In this document: piece by piece, positions 51,344 through 64,000 of the stretch | Numbering within the stretch: the first letter of the stretch is position 1 | How the letters are laid out: each line of letters opens with the position of its first letter | Assembly (NCBI RefSeq): GCF_964194155.1 | Contig: NC_135888.1 | Coordinates: forward strand, 102,982,001-103,046,000 | Length of the DNA: 64,000 nt | Direction: 5' to 3' | From: Cetorhinus maximus | Taxonomy: Eukaryota | The notes under the pieces: generated by a model | Told to the model about the DNA's origin: nothing | Databases searched by the model: none | The model's input: the letters and a program-made list of their open reading frames with translations, nothing else | Made by a program: the position numbers and the translations under genes

Positions 51344-53740
51344 AGAATAAGCAAGGTCCTTGCAAGGACTGCCCCCAAGCTTAGGCTCCCCTCCCACCTA
51401 CGCTTCTGGGCTCTCCTGGCCTCAGACTGTTCCTGCTCCCAGGTTATGACAATTCTTTGCTCCGCAGTGCTCCTGAGCTCTCATTGCTCTCTGTTTCCTG
51501 CTTTGGGCTTTGACAGTTCCTGGATACTTTTGGGTTTTGACTGCTCCCTGCACTCATCTTCAACTGTTTCTGAGCAGGGTCGGTCCCATTTACTGAATCC
51601 TGAACCAAATAAGGGCAAGGTAGTGGATGGGAAAATGACTTGAGTTCTAATGAGTTTTTTGCTGCTGATCAAAATTCAATGGAAACTTTAATGTCTCCAG
51701 ATCATAAGACAGGCTAAGAAAGTGAGAAACTAGGACTTGTGGTGTCAGGGTCACATTTTATAAATTTTCAGACCCCCGCTCAAAAGAAGAAAAGCAGATT
51801 GTCTGGCCAAAAAAATGGACAGACATGTAGCAATCCTGCTCCTGGTCACTCTGGGCTCTGACCACTCCTAGGTCTGATTACCCATTACTCCCTGCTCTGG
51901 CTCCTGCATGTATTACGTGTGCAGATTGTCAATCAGACTTCAGTTTCTGTGCTGTTCAGTGTAAAGACTTTGGTGTTTGTGACAAAAAGAAATTTATCTT
52001 CTCTCACATGGAAATTCTCTCAAAAAGCTTTCATATACTAAACATTTCCTGACTGAAATATCTTGCAGCTGCACCACAATCAGACACCATTAGCTTGCTT
52101 GATTTAACAAAAATATAGGCACTTATTGGGTTTATGCCATTTTAAAAGATAAAGCACATTTAAAAGTTTGGATATGTTGTGTGTCAGTAATGCAGGTTTA
52201 GGCAGAGATTTCATGCACTAAATGTACAAGTGCCCCTGACTCTGAAGTGATGGATACATTTCTATTCTTGAATCCAGTGGCTGTTGAAGTTGATGATTAC
52301 TTTTTGTTTTAGAAATATACAGGATAAGTTCGATGTAAAGTAGACTTGCACTGATTTACCTAACAAAGTGTGACTCTGAGATTCAGTATTCACTGTGTGA
52401 TGTTTTAATTGGATCATTACTAACGGTCTACTGATGACTCGTGTTCTTTCCTTGGAGCTTTGTGTAACTCTCTTGCAGTGTGTGACTTTTTTTTCCAGTA
52501 AGTTTGTGATACATGTTTCCCTCCTGGGATGTTGAAGCACAAGTTTGTCTCTTCCATGAAATACTGCCAAAATGGTGGTCTCTACTTTGATGATCAATTG
52601 CTAATTTCAGGTTAAATTCATTAAATAAAACCCTTTGAGGTCTACAGTAGTATCTCTGCAATGTGTCTGAACTTGATAGGATATTTATATTTCAATTGTT
52701 TGAATGTTTGGTACAGAAAACTGTATTTTATGTGTTATACATTGGTCTCTTTGTGGTCTGTGCCCCTTGCTATTATGTTAGTGCAGAATTTAAAAATTAA
52801 TTTATCAGTCCTCAGAGGGTTAATTAAATAAGAATCAGAGTACCTTTGATTTTTTTTTCAGTGTTTCAGTTACATAAAAAGAAAAGGGACATTAAGTCTT
52901 ACAAATTTCTCAACAAAGTGAACAAATGACCAGCTGAACAATGGCACCTGTAAAGGTGTCTCATTGAACTGAGCAGTTTTATGGTCACTTTTCACTCATT
53001 ATCTTTTAAATGTGCAATAAGATAGTATAATTTTGTGTTGGTTGAAAATATCAGTCATTTTTATGTGATGCCATTGTGATAACTACAATTTATGGGTTTT
53101 TTGGGTTCTTCCCCCACCTACCCCAAACTGTGAGACTCCTCTATGAAGGACGTGCCTCACCTTGTTTCTATTTTTTTTGCTTAATCTCCAGAAGAGCAAT
53201 TGTTCCTCACTGTGATCTAATTTTGCTGAGGATTGACATCCAAAATATTACCTTTTAACAAGCAAGCCCAGCCTGGTTTGAGCCACTGGCTTTGCATATT
53301 TCTTGTCAGTGCCAAGTTAATGATAGAAAGACATTGCTAGCTAGGCATTATCAGCCTCTTTTCCCTGTGGACCATCAAGATCGTCTATGTCCTTTAAAAT
53401 AACTCTAAGTGATAAAGATAATGACCACTTCTGAACTTCATCAGACTGTTAGCTGAATGCAAAGGCTGCCGGGACACCATCTTTGGCTACTGGGCTTACT
53501 TGGATTCAGTAGTAAGTTAGTTTTTTGTGAATTAAGGTGATATGTTGCACCGTGTTCTTGCAAATCTCCATATAACTGGTTGATATTCCTGTGGTACCGC
53601 ACTGTTTTGTTTTATAAATTACAGACACAAAAGAAATGTGTGACTGACAGCTTGTAATGGTTGGAAATGTATAGTTTAAATATACAGTATAAGGAAATGC
53701 ACAATATTTATAAATAAAAATATACACAAATCATTCAGAT
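51344..53740 (+). other. KCTD16: Probable KCTD16 3'UTR
   Basis: Repeat-free AT-rich stretch after the stop codon. Candidate AATAAA at 52624-52629 and 53713-53718. True end unknown. Confidence 0.5.
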
Positions 53741-54915
53741 TGCTGATGTACTACAATATGAAGCAAAATATTAGTCAAATGTTATTAATAAATTTGATGA
53801 CATTATCTTGATGGCTAAGATTAGCTAATTTAGCACAGACCAAGAGTTAAACCTGAGATTTTTCATACTCTGCACATTTATCCATTGAACCACCAGAGGT
53901 GCTTGTAGCAGAAATGCTTTGGAAGAGTTTTACAACAGTTTTTTTTGGCTTTCGTCTAGCATTTAGTAATTTGAGAGTACTTTGTTTATTTCCTATTGGC
54001 TTCAAATTTGATATTTTGGACAAAAGCAACTGATATTCTAGAGTTAAAGGTATGAGATGAAGGCATGGTTCATCTTGAAATGACCACAATGCAAGGGAAC
54101 AAAGGAAAATGAGATGGAGAAAACTGCATGATCATAATGGAGCCCTCCTGATTTTCTATCCACTAATTTAAAAGACCAATAAGTTGATTGAGCTCTGTCT
54201 GCAAATACAATCTTTCCATTCTAATTTCATCTATGCACTATGCCAAGATGATCTTTTGTGCTCAAGTGCAATGTAAGAAAAATGTGTCCTTATAACTCTG
54301 CCACTACTGTATGTGTGCAATATCAAACATGGTAATACAGCTATGAAATTGTAGCATAAAAATATAGCAACAAGAAACAGAATTTAGAACTCTTCGTAGT
54401 GATTCAGTATGCAATTTAAGGAAAAGCAGCAGACAATGGGATTTTGTCCTTGTCCTTATGGAAATGCATCTATTCCAAACGTTTGTCATTTCTAGGATAC
54501 TACACTGATACGACATTCTTTTGATTTCATAAAAGAACAAAATTGGTGAATGCAGCTATGGTAAGATTTTATTCCAAACTAAACCTAGATTTATTGCTGT
54601 AGCAAACCAGCTAGTAATTGAGCACCATTTAATGCTGAGTTACATCACTGACTGCATATTACAGAATCATGGAAGCATAAAATGGTTACAACACAGAAAG
54701 AGGCAATTCATTTTGTTGTGTGTATATTGGCTTTCTGTGAGAGTGACACAGCTAGTCCCTATAGCCCTGCATTTTTTATCTCTTCACATCCAATTCCCTT
54801 TTGAAAACCATGATTGAACCTGCCACAGCCAAAGTTTGTCAGTGCAATCCAGATCCTAACCATTCATGATGTCCACATGTTGTCTATTCTTTTGCCATTC
54901 ATTTCAGTAGGTGAA

Positions 54916-56468
54916 GGGGAGGCAGTGGCAGTGGCGGTGGCCTAGTGGTATTGTCGCCCGACTAGTAATCCAGAGACCTGGGTTTGAATCCCACCATGGC
55001 AGATGGTGGAATTTGAATCCAATAAAAAAAATCTGGAATTAAATGTCCAATGATGATCATGAAACCATTATAGGAAAAACCCATCTGGTTCAATAATCTG
55101 CTGTCCTTACCTGGCCTGGCCTGCATGTAACTCCAGACCCACAGCAATGTGGTTGACTCTTAAATGGCCTAGCAAGCCATTCAGTTGTATCAAATCACTA
55201 AAAACAAGTCAACAAGGAATGAAACCAGATGGACCACCTGACATTGACCCAGAAATGACAATGACAAAGTCAACCCTGCAAAGTCCTCCTTACTCTGGGG
55301 GCTTGTGGCAAAATTGGGAGTGTTGTCTCACAGATCACAAGTCTTCAGCCAAATTGTTTCACTCCATGTGACATCAAGAAATGGCTGAAGGTACTGGATA
55401 CTGCAAAGGCTATGGGCCCTGATGATATTCTGGCAATAGTACTGAAGACTTGTGCTCCAGAACTTGCTGTGCCTGTAACCAAGCTGTTCCAGTACAGCTA
55501 CAACACTGGCATCTACCCAGCAATGTGGAAAATTGCCCAGGTATGTCCTATACTCAAAAAGCAGGACAAATCCAACCTGGCCAATTACTGCCCCATCAGC
55601 CTACTCTTAATCACCAATAAAGTGATGGAAGGGGTCATTAACAATGCCATCAAGCAGCACTTGCTTAGCCCAGCTTGGGTTTCACCATGGCCACTCAGCT
55701 TTTGACATCATTACAGCCTTGGTTCAAACATGGACAAAAAAGCTGACCTCCAGATGCAAGGTGAGAGTGACTGCCCTTCACATCAAGACAGCATTTGACT
55801 AAGTGTGGCATCAAGGAGCCCTAGCAAAACTGCCGTCACTGGGAATTGGGGGGGAAACTCTCCGCTGGTTGGAGTCATACCTGGCACACAGGAAGATGGT
55901 TGTGGTTGTTGGAGGTCAGTCATCTCAGTTCCAGGGCATCATTGCAGGAGATCCTCAGGGTGTCCTAGGCCCAACCATCTTCAAATGCTTCATCAATGAC
56001 CTTCCTTCCATCATAAGATCAAAAGTGGGGATGTTCACTGATGATTGCACAATGTTCAGCACCATTTGATACTCCTCAGATACTGGAGCAGTCCATGTCC
56101 AAATGCAGCAAGACCTGGACAATATCCAAGCTTGGGCTGTAAAGTAACATTCGTGCCACACAAGTGCCAGGCAATGACCATCTCCAACAAGAGAGAACTT
56201 AACCATTGCCCCTTGACATTCAATGGCATTACCATTGCTGAATCCCCCACTATCAACAACCTGGGGGCTACCACTGATGAGAAACTGAACTGGACTAGCC
56301 ATAAAAATACTGTGGCTACAAGAGCAGGCCAGAGGTGAGGAATCCTGCAGCAAGTAACTCACCTCACGACTCCCCAAAGCCTGTCCACCATCTACAAGGC
56401 ACAAATCAGGAGTGTAATGGAATACTCTCCACTTGCCTGGATGAGTGCAGCTCCAACAGCACTCATGA
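54916..56468 (+). mobile_element. Family-A LINE with tRNA-like 5' head, internally deleted
   Basis: A box TGGCCTAGTGG 54938-54948, B box GGTTTGAATCC 54981-54991; start of an APE-like frame (WGLVAKLG) ~55293; RT motifs GPDDI..KTCAPELA, WHQGALAKL, QG-VLGPTIF, FTDD. Confidence 0.75.
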
Positions 56469-56639
56469 AGCTTGGGAGAGTATTTTTATGATAGTGATCA
56501 TAATTTAGATTTAACGTAGCTATGAAAAAGGACAAGCCAAGAGTAAAATTAGGGAAAGTTAGGGAAATTTTAAATTGGGGAAAAGCCAATTTTACTAAGC
56601 TGAGATGTAATTTGACAAAAAAAGACTGCAAATAGCTAC

Positions 56640-56900
56640 TCAGAGGAATCGGGAATGTAGGTGGAAAGAGACTGGACAAGGGGAGAGAGAATGGAGTCAA
56701 GATAGGAAGAAATGAGTTCCGTGGGGCAGGAACAGGCTGACACAATGGGTCTACCGGGACAGTCCTGTTTGTGGATTTTGGGAAGGAGGTAGATGGAGAC
56801 TATGAGGTTGGAAGCTGTGGAAGGAAGATCTCCAGAGGCGATGAAGTCAGTGACAGTCCTGGAAACAATGGCTTGATGTTCGGTGGTGGGGTTGTGGTCC
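56640..56900 (-). mobile_element. Diverged internal fragment of the Neptune element
   Basis: Colinear with 6477-6755, with scattered substitutions and a small deletion. Confidence 0.8.
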
Positions 56901-59170
56901 GGGGGCGGGTGTGGGGGGGGGGAGGTAGGAGTGTGGAGAGGGGTAGGACTAAGGGTGGAGGAAGAAATAAAGGTGGAGGAAGGAGTCAGGAAGGGGGGAA
57001 GGAGTAAGGGTGTCTGAAGGAGTCAGGAAGGGGGAAGAAGTAAGGCTGGAGGAAGGAGTTGGGAGGGGGTAAGGACTAAGGGTGATGGAAGAAATAAGAA
57101 TGTCTGAAGAAGTCAGGAAGGGTGAAGAACTAAGCGTGGGGTTGGTGGGGGGGTGGGGGGAGGGGGGGGAGGACTAAGGTGAGGGGGGAGTCTGCAGGGG
57201 GGAAGGGATTCCTGGGGGAAGGGGTTCAAGGGGTTCCAAGGGGGGAGGGGTCAATGGGGGGGATGTCCAGGTGAATGTGCAAGGGAGGGCTCTGATGAGT
57301 CCTGAACTGCCTCCTGGGGAGCGAACTGAGGGTGTGCGTGTTATGAGGGAAGGGTGAGACTGACTGAGGGCAGAGTGAGGCAGTAAGGTTGGAGGGTGAT
57401 GGTTCGATGGTAGAAGAGACGGCAATGGTCGTTGGTAGGGACTTGGAGTCAGACACGGACCCTGGGGGTGGGAAGGAGGAGGTCAGGGAGGTTAATGTGG
57501 ATGGGGGTGGGATTTTCAGGAAGGAAGGGAATGTGCACATTCACCTGGACATCCCCGAAAGAAAAGGGTTGTGGCCGGTATTGGGAGGTGGAAGGTGATG
57601 CCGGGGGGGGGGGCCAACAGTGATGGTGGAAAGAAAATAGGTGAGTGGGGGGGAGGGGAAAGGATGGGGGAGTGAATGAAACCACCACTATGCTGGCTAA
57701 GTCAAAAGTAAAGTGAGAGTCGTGGTGGGCGAGATCAGATACTGCATGGGAGTGTGATCAATGGGTGTGTGGAGATGCAGGTCAGCACAGATGGACAACT
57801 GAAAATGTACCCGGCAGGCAGTGTTGAAAATGCTCAGGACATTGAGGTGAATGTGATACGGGAAGGATCCATATGCATGGGAGAATGCTTACAAGAGGCT
57901 CTGAAAGGCTCTACCACTCACATACACTTCTCCCTCCAGAATCACTCGTTGGCCAGCTGCTCCCTCTGCGGTGATAGGGGATGAGGTTGAGCGAGTCACA
58001 GGCAAAGGGGACTCGGAGGGAGACAACATCCTCAGATTCCTGAGTGGATGACCCAGGGGTGTCCAGCTGCCGCTCCTCTTCCCTTTGAGTGCCCAGGGGC
58101 CCCAGCCTGACTCCTTGAGGGGAAGGAGCTCCTGGAAGGACATTGACGTGCCCTTTTTCCCTCCCATGTCGTCACTGCAGGAACTCACCCATGGCTCCCG
58201 CAATGGGGTGCAGGTTTGCACACATCTCCGTGTTCTGCCGGACCAGGGTCTTCGTGGCGTCTGCCATCCTTCCCATGGAGGCCTCTATATGCGTACATGT
58301 GGGCACCACTTCATCAGGGAACAGACAGACTCACTCCTCCAACTTGTGAGCCACTCTGTTGAGGGTTTCCAACAGCTCTGCATAATGTTTCCATGCCTTC
58401 TTCTGACTGTCCAGGATGAGTTGGAAGGCCAAATCCAGAGGCATGCCATCTGACTTGGACCCCACAGATGCCTCTTCCCCAGCAGTCCTTTAAGTGCTGG
58501 AGAACTCAACTGAACCTGCCTCTTCCTGCTATGGATACATGTCTGTGTACCAGCAGGTTGTAAACCTGAGCCTGCTCTAGATCTCAGTCCCACTGAGGTG
58601 TGTGTTTCTGTGCTGGTGGAGGGTGTGGGTAAGCACTGTGAAGGGTCTTCCAAGCTGCTTATTTCCAGCTCTTCCATGGAGGAGGTGAGGACCATAAGAC
58701 ATAAGACCATAAGACATAGGAGCAGAAATCAGGACAATCGGCCCATCAAGTCTGCTCCGCCATTCAATCATGGCTGATAAGTTTCTCAACCCCATTCTCC
58801 CGCCTTCTCCCCATAACCTTTGTTCCCCTAACCAATCAAGAACCTATCTATCTCGGTCTTAAATACACTCAATGACCTGGCCTCCACAGCCTTCTGTGGC
58901 AATGAATTCCATAGATTCACCACTCTCTGGCTAAAGAAGTGAGGACATGGACTGGGGCAGAGGGATTGGCTGGTCACTTGGCAGAGCTCCCTGTGAATCA
59001 AAGTAGAGATAGTTAGTGCATGGCAGCAGAGCCAAAAGCAGGAGAGGGAGCCTTCACAGTTGCATTGAGAGAGGGATGGTGCAGTGCGGGATCCACAGGT
59101 GGGTGTTTGTCACCAGAACAGATCCAGCGTCACTCCCAGCTCTCCAGTGAATGTTCATTCTCCCCAACAT
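56900..59170 (-). mobile_element. G-rich low-complexity tract plus decayed Harbinger Myb/SANT gene region
   Basis: Repeated GGAGT(A/C)AGG..GAAGG units at 56930-57130. Broken ORFs SSMEELEISSLEDPSQCLPTPSTSTETHTSVG. Confidence 0.45.
58693..58938 (-). mobile_element. Young 5'-truncated CR1 tail with (CATAAGA)3 terminal repeat and 8-bp TSD
   Basis: GTGAGGAC at 58685-58692 and 58939-58946. Confidence 0.8.
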
Positions 59171-59230
59171 ACCAGGCTCAAAACTTCCAGTGTCTTTCAA
59201 CAATCATTCCATGTGCTTGAGTTTTCCTAG

Positions 59231-60230
59231 TGTTATGATATGGAGGTGGTAATTGCCAGTCTGACCAAATTCCAAAGGGAAACTTGGTCAAGCTATCAAA
59301 ATGATTTGCAATTTGTATTTATTACAAGAAGGTATGTGTACTGACATCAGAAGTAAAGATTCCACTACCATTTTTGGAGATTTTAAATATTAAATTAAAA
59401 CATTTATTAACTAAAGAAAATAAGACACACAAGATTGCAGTTACACTGTTAAGTTTAGTCTTACATTTCCCAAAAGATTTCTACTTAACTAGACTCACAA
59501 ATAAACACCCTTCTCCAGGCAACAGTTCCTAAAGATTCTTAATCTATAAAAAAAAATCCTGTAATATTACCGAAAGGCACCCACTGTTGCTATAGGGATG
59601 ATATTTCACAGGGGCTTCTCCCTCAACAATGGAAATCTAAGGCTTGTAACAAAACTTTGCTTTCTGGAACAAAGAAATACTTTTCTGGGGTGGCTACAGG
59701 CTGCTTACTTCACTGGTCTGTCTTTGTACAGCCTACTCTTCAAGATCACATGGCCACATATCATATAGCTTTCAACCTTTCCTTAAATATGTTTTTTCTC
59801 TTTCATCTTTAAACCCATATTTCTTGACTTTCTTTGGCGGTTACTTTTTCCAGAATATAAAAATCTTTAATGTTGTCTTTATGACCACAACTTTCAGGAA
59901 AAATAAATTTAATAATTTTGCTTTATTCATTTATGATCTTTGCCAGTTGAACAACTTCCTTTTATTTCTCTTTGAAATTCAACAGCTAAAAATTCAACTC
60001 CTCACTTATCTCCTAATGCAAATTCCTATTCATGTTGTATCTACTAGTATCCCAACTTAGCTTGTTCATCTCCATTTCAAAAATGCCTGCTTTTACACTA
60101 ACCCTTTGATGATTTAAACCTTGCAGTTGACTGTCTTCAGTTTAATTAAATTACTCACACGCACACAAACAGCCCCCATAAGCCTACTTCACATTAATAT
60201 TGGAAAATATTACACTGGACTTGATTATCA
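59231..60230. mobile_element. Solo LTR (~1 kb)
   Basis: TGTTATGA...TTATCA ends; near-TSD CTAG/CCAG; homologous to 3316-4210. Confidence 0.55.
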
Positions 60231-60899
60231 CCAGCAAGGCATACTTTCAAGGCTCCCCATTTATTAACTGAATACTGGTTGGGGAGAGGTTAGGGGACAG
60301 CTGTACTACCTGTCTGGTTCTCTTTTTCTATTTGGTAGTCATTTGTTCCTTCTCTGCCTACACACTGTTATGCTGTGTGGTGAACACCCCTTGAAACATG
60401 CTATCCACATTGATCTCAGCAGATGGATGCACTACAGTAGCGCCAGCTGCTGCTCAAACTCTAAAACCCAGAGCTCAGCTCCCCTAGCTGACGACACTTC
60501 CTGCACAAATGGCTGTCTGGTACACACGAGTCATGAAGTTTCCACATGGCACAGGATGTGCATTCAATGGGACTGCAGTGCCCTGCCATGCCTCTATTTG
60601 TTATATACTATCTAAACTTAGCAGAAATAAAACTTAAGAATGAAAATCTTAAGATTTAAAGCTTAACATGACATCTACATTTTTAAACATACATCTGTAG
60701 AGCCCCAGGAGAGCAATTACAAAAAACAGTTTATGGGAAATTTCTCACCCAGTGCTGTTAATCAAGCACAGCCAAGTTTCCCTTCAGAACACATAGTTAC
60801 CAGTGGGACAAGAACTAAGAAATTATGCAAAACAATGGGAGTCTGTTACAGCAGCTTCTTGGGCCTAGAGGCTATCTCAATAACTTAGATGTTAGTTAT

Positions 60900-61230
60900 A
60901 CTTCATAGGGCTTCTCATAAAGTTCAGACATGTTGGTGGGTGAGTCTATATTGAGGGGCTCTGCTCCTGGTCCTGACCAGGGTGGCCATCAACAGGTCCA
61001 GGCAGCGGTCGGTTGAGGGGACTGTTTGGCCTGACTGTCTACCTCTCTTCCGTGGCTACGGGTGTCCCTGGTGAGGGAGCATGCAGTGTCCACCAGTATG
61101 CCTGATGGAGAGGGTTGGAGAGGGTTGGGTGGTGGGGTGGGGGAGTGCCCTGGAGTGCATAACCGACACCAGGATTGTTATTTGAATTTAGGTTGTTAAG
61201 TTTCCTTTAATTTTTTTTGTTTTTGTTACA
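60900..61230 (+). mobile_element. Possible L1/Tx1-type LINE 3' remnant
   Basis: CTCTTCCGTGGCTACG..GTGTCCCTGG..GAGCATGCAGTGTCC followed by a T-rich 3'UTR. Confidence 0.35.
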
Positions 61231-61448
61231 GTGGGATGATAATGGCGCACTTAACTGGTGACAGGTTCCCAAAATAGAGGTATATTGAGGGGTTCATTCC
61301 AAATCAGCACTTGGTGATCCAGAGTTTCTCCAAATAATTATCACTAAGCACAAACTCACAGATTTGGCGATTTTGAGTGCACTTATGTTATTTTTGTTGC
61401 CTACATCTTGTAGTTACTAATATGAACTTAAATGTTTCTAAATACTTA

Positions 61449-64000
61449 GGGCAGAATTTTCTGGCTGACGTGAGGGTGGCGGAGCCCGCAGGTCAGATCT
61501 TAAAATGTCGTGCGAGCGTCCCGACGTCAGCGCGCAGCATCGCGATATTTCAGTCGGCAGGCGCGCACAGCAGTGGGATACGCGCCCGCCATTAATTAAA
61601 GGCCTCGTTAAGGCCCTCAACTTGCCAATTGTCCAGGATTTTGAGGGGCCCGTGCGAACTTCAGGTCGGAGCACGGGCCCAACAGGCAGGCGGGTAGGAG
61701 ATTTTTTAATAAAACTCATGCACTGGCGGGATATGTGGACTCAGAGGGGTTGTTCATGTTTTACACAAAGTTTTAATTGCAGAAAGTGTTATAAAGTTGC
61801 CTGTTTGATTGTTAGCAGTTCACATCAATTTCCAAGAACTTTTTGTGTACTTTGAAACCAGTCTGCAGACAGTAATCTTTCTCGGGCCTGCAGCTTTCCG
61901 GAGGCCTCCATTTAGCCTGGGAGTACGGGTTCTGACATCTCCACTGGAGGCAGCTCCTCTGAGGAGGAAGGGAGGGATAGAATAAGGAGGAGGCCAGGAC
62001 TGGACAATCAGCCTCTAGGGGAACCACCTTTTGGAGGCCAGGCGCAGGCACAAGGGGCGCAGGGCCAAGATGTTGTGCAAGGGGCCGCAGAAGACACCAC
62101 TATCCTGCTGCCAGGGTATACAGGTGGCAAAGCAGCTACCTCAGTATGACTGAGGTGCAGAGCCGAAGGAGGCTCCGACTCTCAAGGGAGACAGTCACCT
62201 ATATCTGTCAGATGATTGGCTCTGATATCTCCCCTAACTGTGTGGATGGACACGCTGTGCCAGTGGCTCTGAAGCTCACAGTTGCCCTCCAGTTCTATGC
62301 CTCTGGCTCCTTCCAGGGCTCGGTGGATGATCTTTGCAATGTCTCCCAATCAGCTGTCCACATTTGTGTCAAGCAGGTTACAGACACTCTGTTCAGATGG
62401 GTATTGACCTTCATCCACTTCCACTGCGACCAGGCAAGTCAGGCACAGTGAGCCTGAGGCTTCGCAGCCATTGCTGGCTTCCCCCGCGTCCAGGGTGCTA
62501 TAGACTGCACACATGTGGCCATCAAGGCGCCAGCAGGTGAGCCCGGTGCCTTCGCCAACAGGAAGGGCTTCCACTCCATGAATGTGCAGATAGTGTGTGA
62601 TCACAGGATGCAGATTTTACAAGTCTGTGCAAGGTACCCAGGCAGCTCCCACGACGCCTACATCCTCAGATACTCCCAGGTGCCGGGGCTCTTCAGTGCT
62701 CCGGCTCGGCTGGATGGATGGCTGCTGGGTGACAAGGGCTATCCCCTGCGAAGGTGGCTCATGACGCCTCTCCGCCATCCAAGAACAGAGGCTGAGCAGC
62801 GGTACAATAGGAGCCACGGCACCACAAGGGCTGTGGTGGAGAGAGCCATCAGTCTTCGCAAGATGCGCTTCCTTTGCATGGACCGCTCAGGGAGCGCACT
62901 CCAGTACTCCCCAGATCGTGTCTCTGTGATAGTGGTAGCATGCTGCGCTCTGCACAATCTTGCGCTGTAAAGGGGGGATGCAGTTGACGATGAAGACTTT
63001 GACGCAGTGGATGAGGCTGCACATGATGAATCCAGCAGTGGCTCAGAGGATGAGGAAGCACAGGGCAATGATGAGGGGCAGCACGCCGACCCGCTATTAC
63101 ACCAAGGAGGCAGGGACACCCGGGACAATTTAATCCAACAAACCTTCAGCTAGCTCCACACGCATGGATCAGCAGGAGCAGCATTGCCTGGCACTTCCAC
63201 ACATGGCACTTAGGTGCCACATCTTCCACCTTATCAGCTGCAACTAAGGGCTTAGTACAGAAACATCAATGTCCACTCAAACACTCATGATATGTCTGTG
63301 AAAAAGAAAAATGCAGCACAAAGGAAACACCCTCAGCCATGGTCAGAAAAGTGGACTTTATTATGTCCAAAATATAACAGAGACTTCTCCATTGCAAACA
63401 TAAGAATTTTGTTCCCTATTCTAAGGCCAGTACAAAATCACCAGTGACATATCCATTGAGTGCCTAACGTGCCTTATGCTTACGTTTGCGGGTGCTACGT
63501 CCAGGTGCCGCCCTATCGGTCGGAGTGGCTTGAAAGACAGCCTGCTGACTCTGCTGTCCTGTTGGCATCGATGACCTTGGCGGGCATCCTCTGGCCCATG
63601 GAGCCTGTGATGGCCTCGCCTGGGAGGGAGTGGCTAGTTCCAGAACTGGCACCTCCCCAGTTGTCACAGCCTCAACGGAAGCAACATTGACTGGCAGGGA
63701 GGCGGAGGAGCTGCTGCCCTCATCCGGAGCACCCTGAGAGGAGCTCGCAGCAACGGCAGGCAGCTGCTGCGCCAACGTGAGGTCCAAATCTACCTCCCTG
63801 CTCGCCGCAGATGCATAGGTACCGAGTGCTGATGCTTGGTGCCCACAACATCTCCCACATTGGGAATGATCACTTGTGGCCAGTACCGCTGTGAGGGCTT
63901 GCAGGTCAGAGTGTAACCCAATCAGAAGATTTTCCATCCGATCGAACCCCCTATCCAGGAGAGTAGCCAATCTCTCAGTGGCGGAAGCCTGAAGCTCTGC
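61449..64000 (+). mobile_element. Harbinger/PIF DNA transposon, left part (runs off the window)
   Basis: TTA target then TIR GGGCAGAATTTT; transposase (+) convergent with the 3' end of a second gene (63464-64000, -). Confidence 0.8.
62083..63153 (+). pseudogene. HARBI1-like DDE transposase with three in-frame stops
   Basis: [69 protein letters not shown]; stops at 62449, 62455 and 62968; frame otherwise continuous. Confidence 0.9.

Noticed and set aside
54930-55000. Functional tRNA-Thr gene
   Set aside because: Stems are imperfect, the B box is mutated, and it is continuous with retroelement sequence.
56900-57540. Tandem GGAGTAAGG-like units as a CRISPR or functional array
   Set aside because: Irregular purine-rich low complexity without constant repeats or unique spacers, in a eukaryotic context.
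62449-62457. In-frame TGA codons as selenocysteine or readthrough
   Set aside because: Best explained by CpG decay of CGA codons; a TAA also interrupts the frame and no SECIS was recognised.

Overview
Eukaryotic, repeat-rich vertebrate DNA; the repeat families suggest a cartilaginous fish (inference). The only host coding sequence is the terminal exon of KCTD16 (GABA-B receptor auxiliary subunit) at 50895-51343 (+). Positions 1-50894 are therefore probably one very large intron, followed by a 3'UTR and intergenic DNA. The main feature is a young, intact Neptune-type Penelope-like element (917-aa RT + GIY-YIG ORF). It is inserted as a 6.2-kb head-to-head composite with 2.7-kb inverted arms inside a single 15-bp target-site duplication (TSD), and carries three minimal hammerhead ribozymes with a non-canonical CUGCCGA core. 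The same 'two 3' ends facing outward, one long and one short' architecture recurs in two ~190-bp TSD-flanked mini-elements (23273, 50119), pointing to a reproducible two-ended priming mechanism. The rest is decayed Gypsy, GalEa-like Copia, Harbinger, CR1, L2, Tx1 and SINE sequence, including a LINE with a tRNA-Thr-like head.
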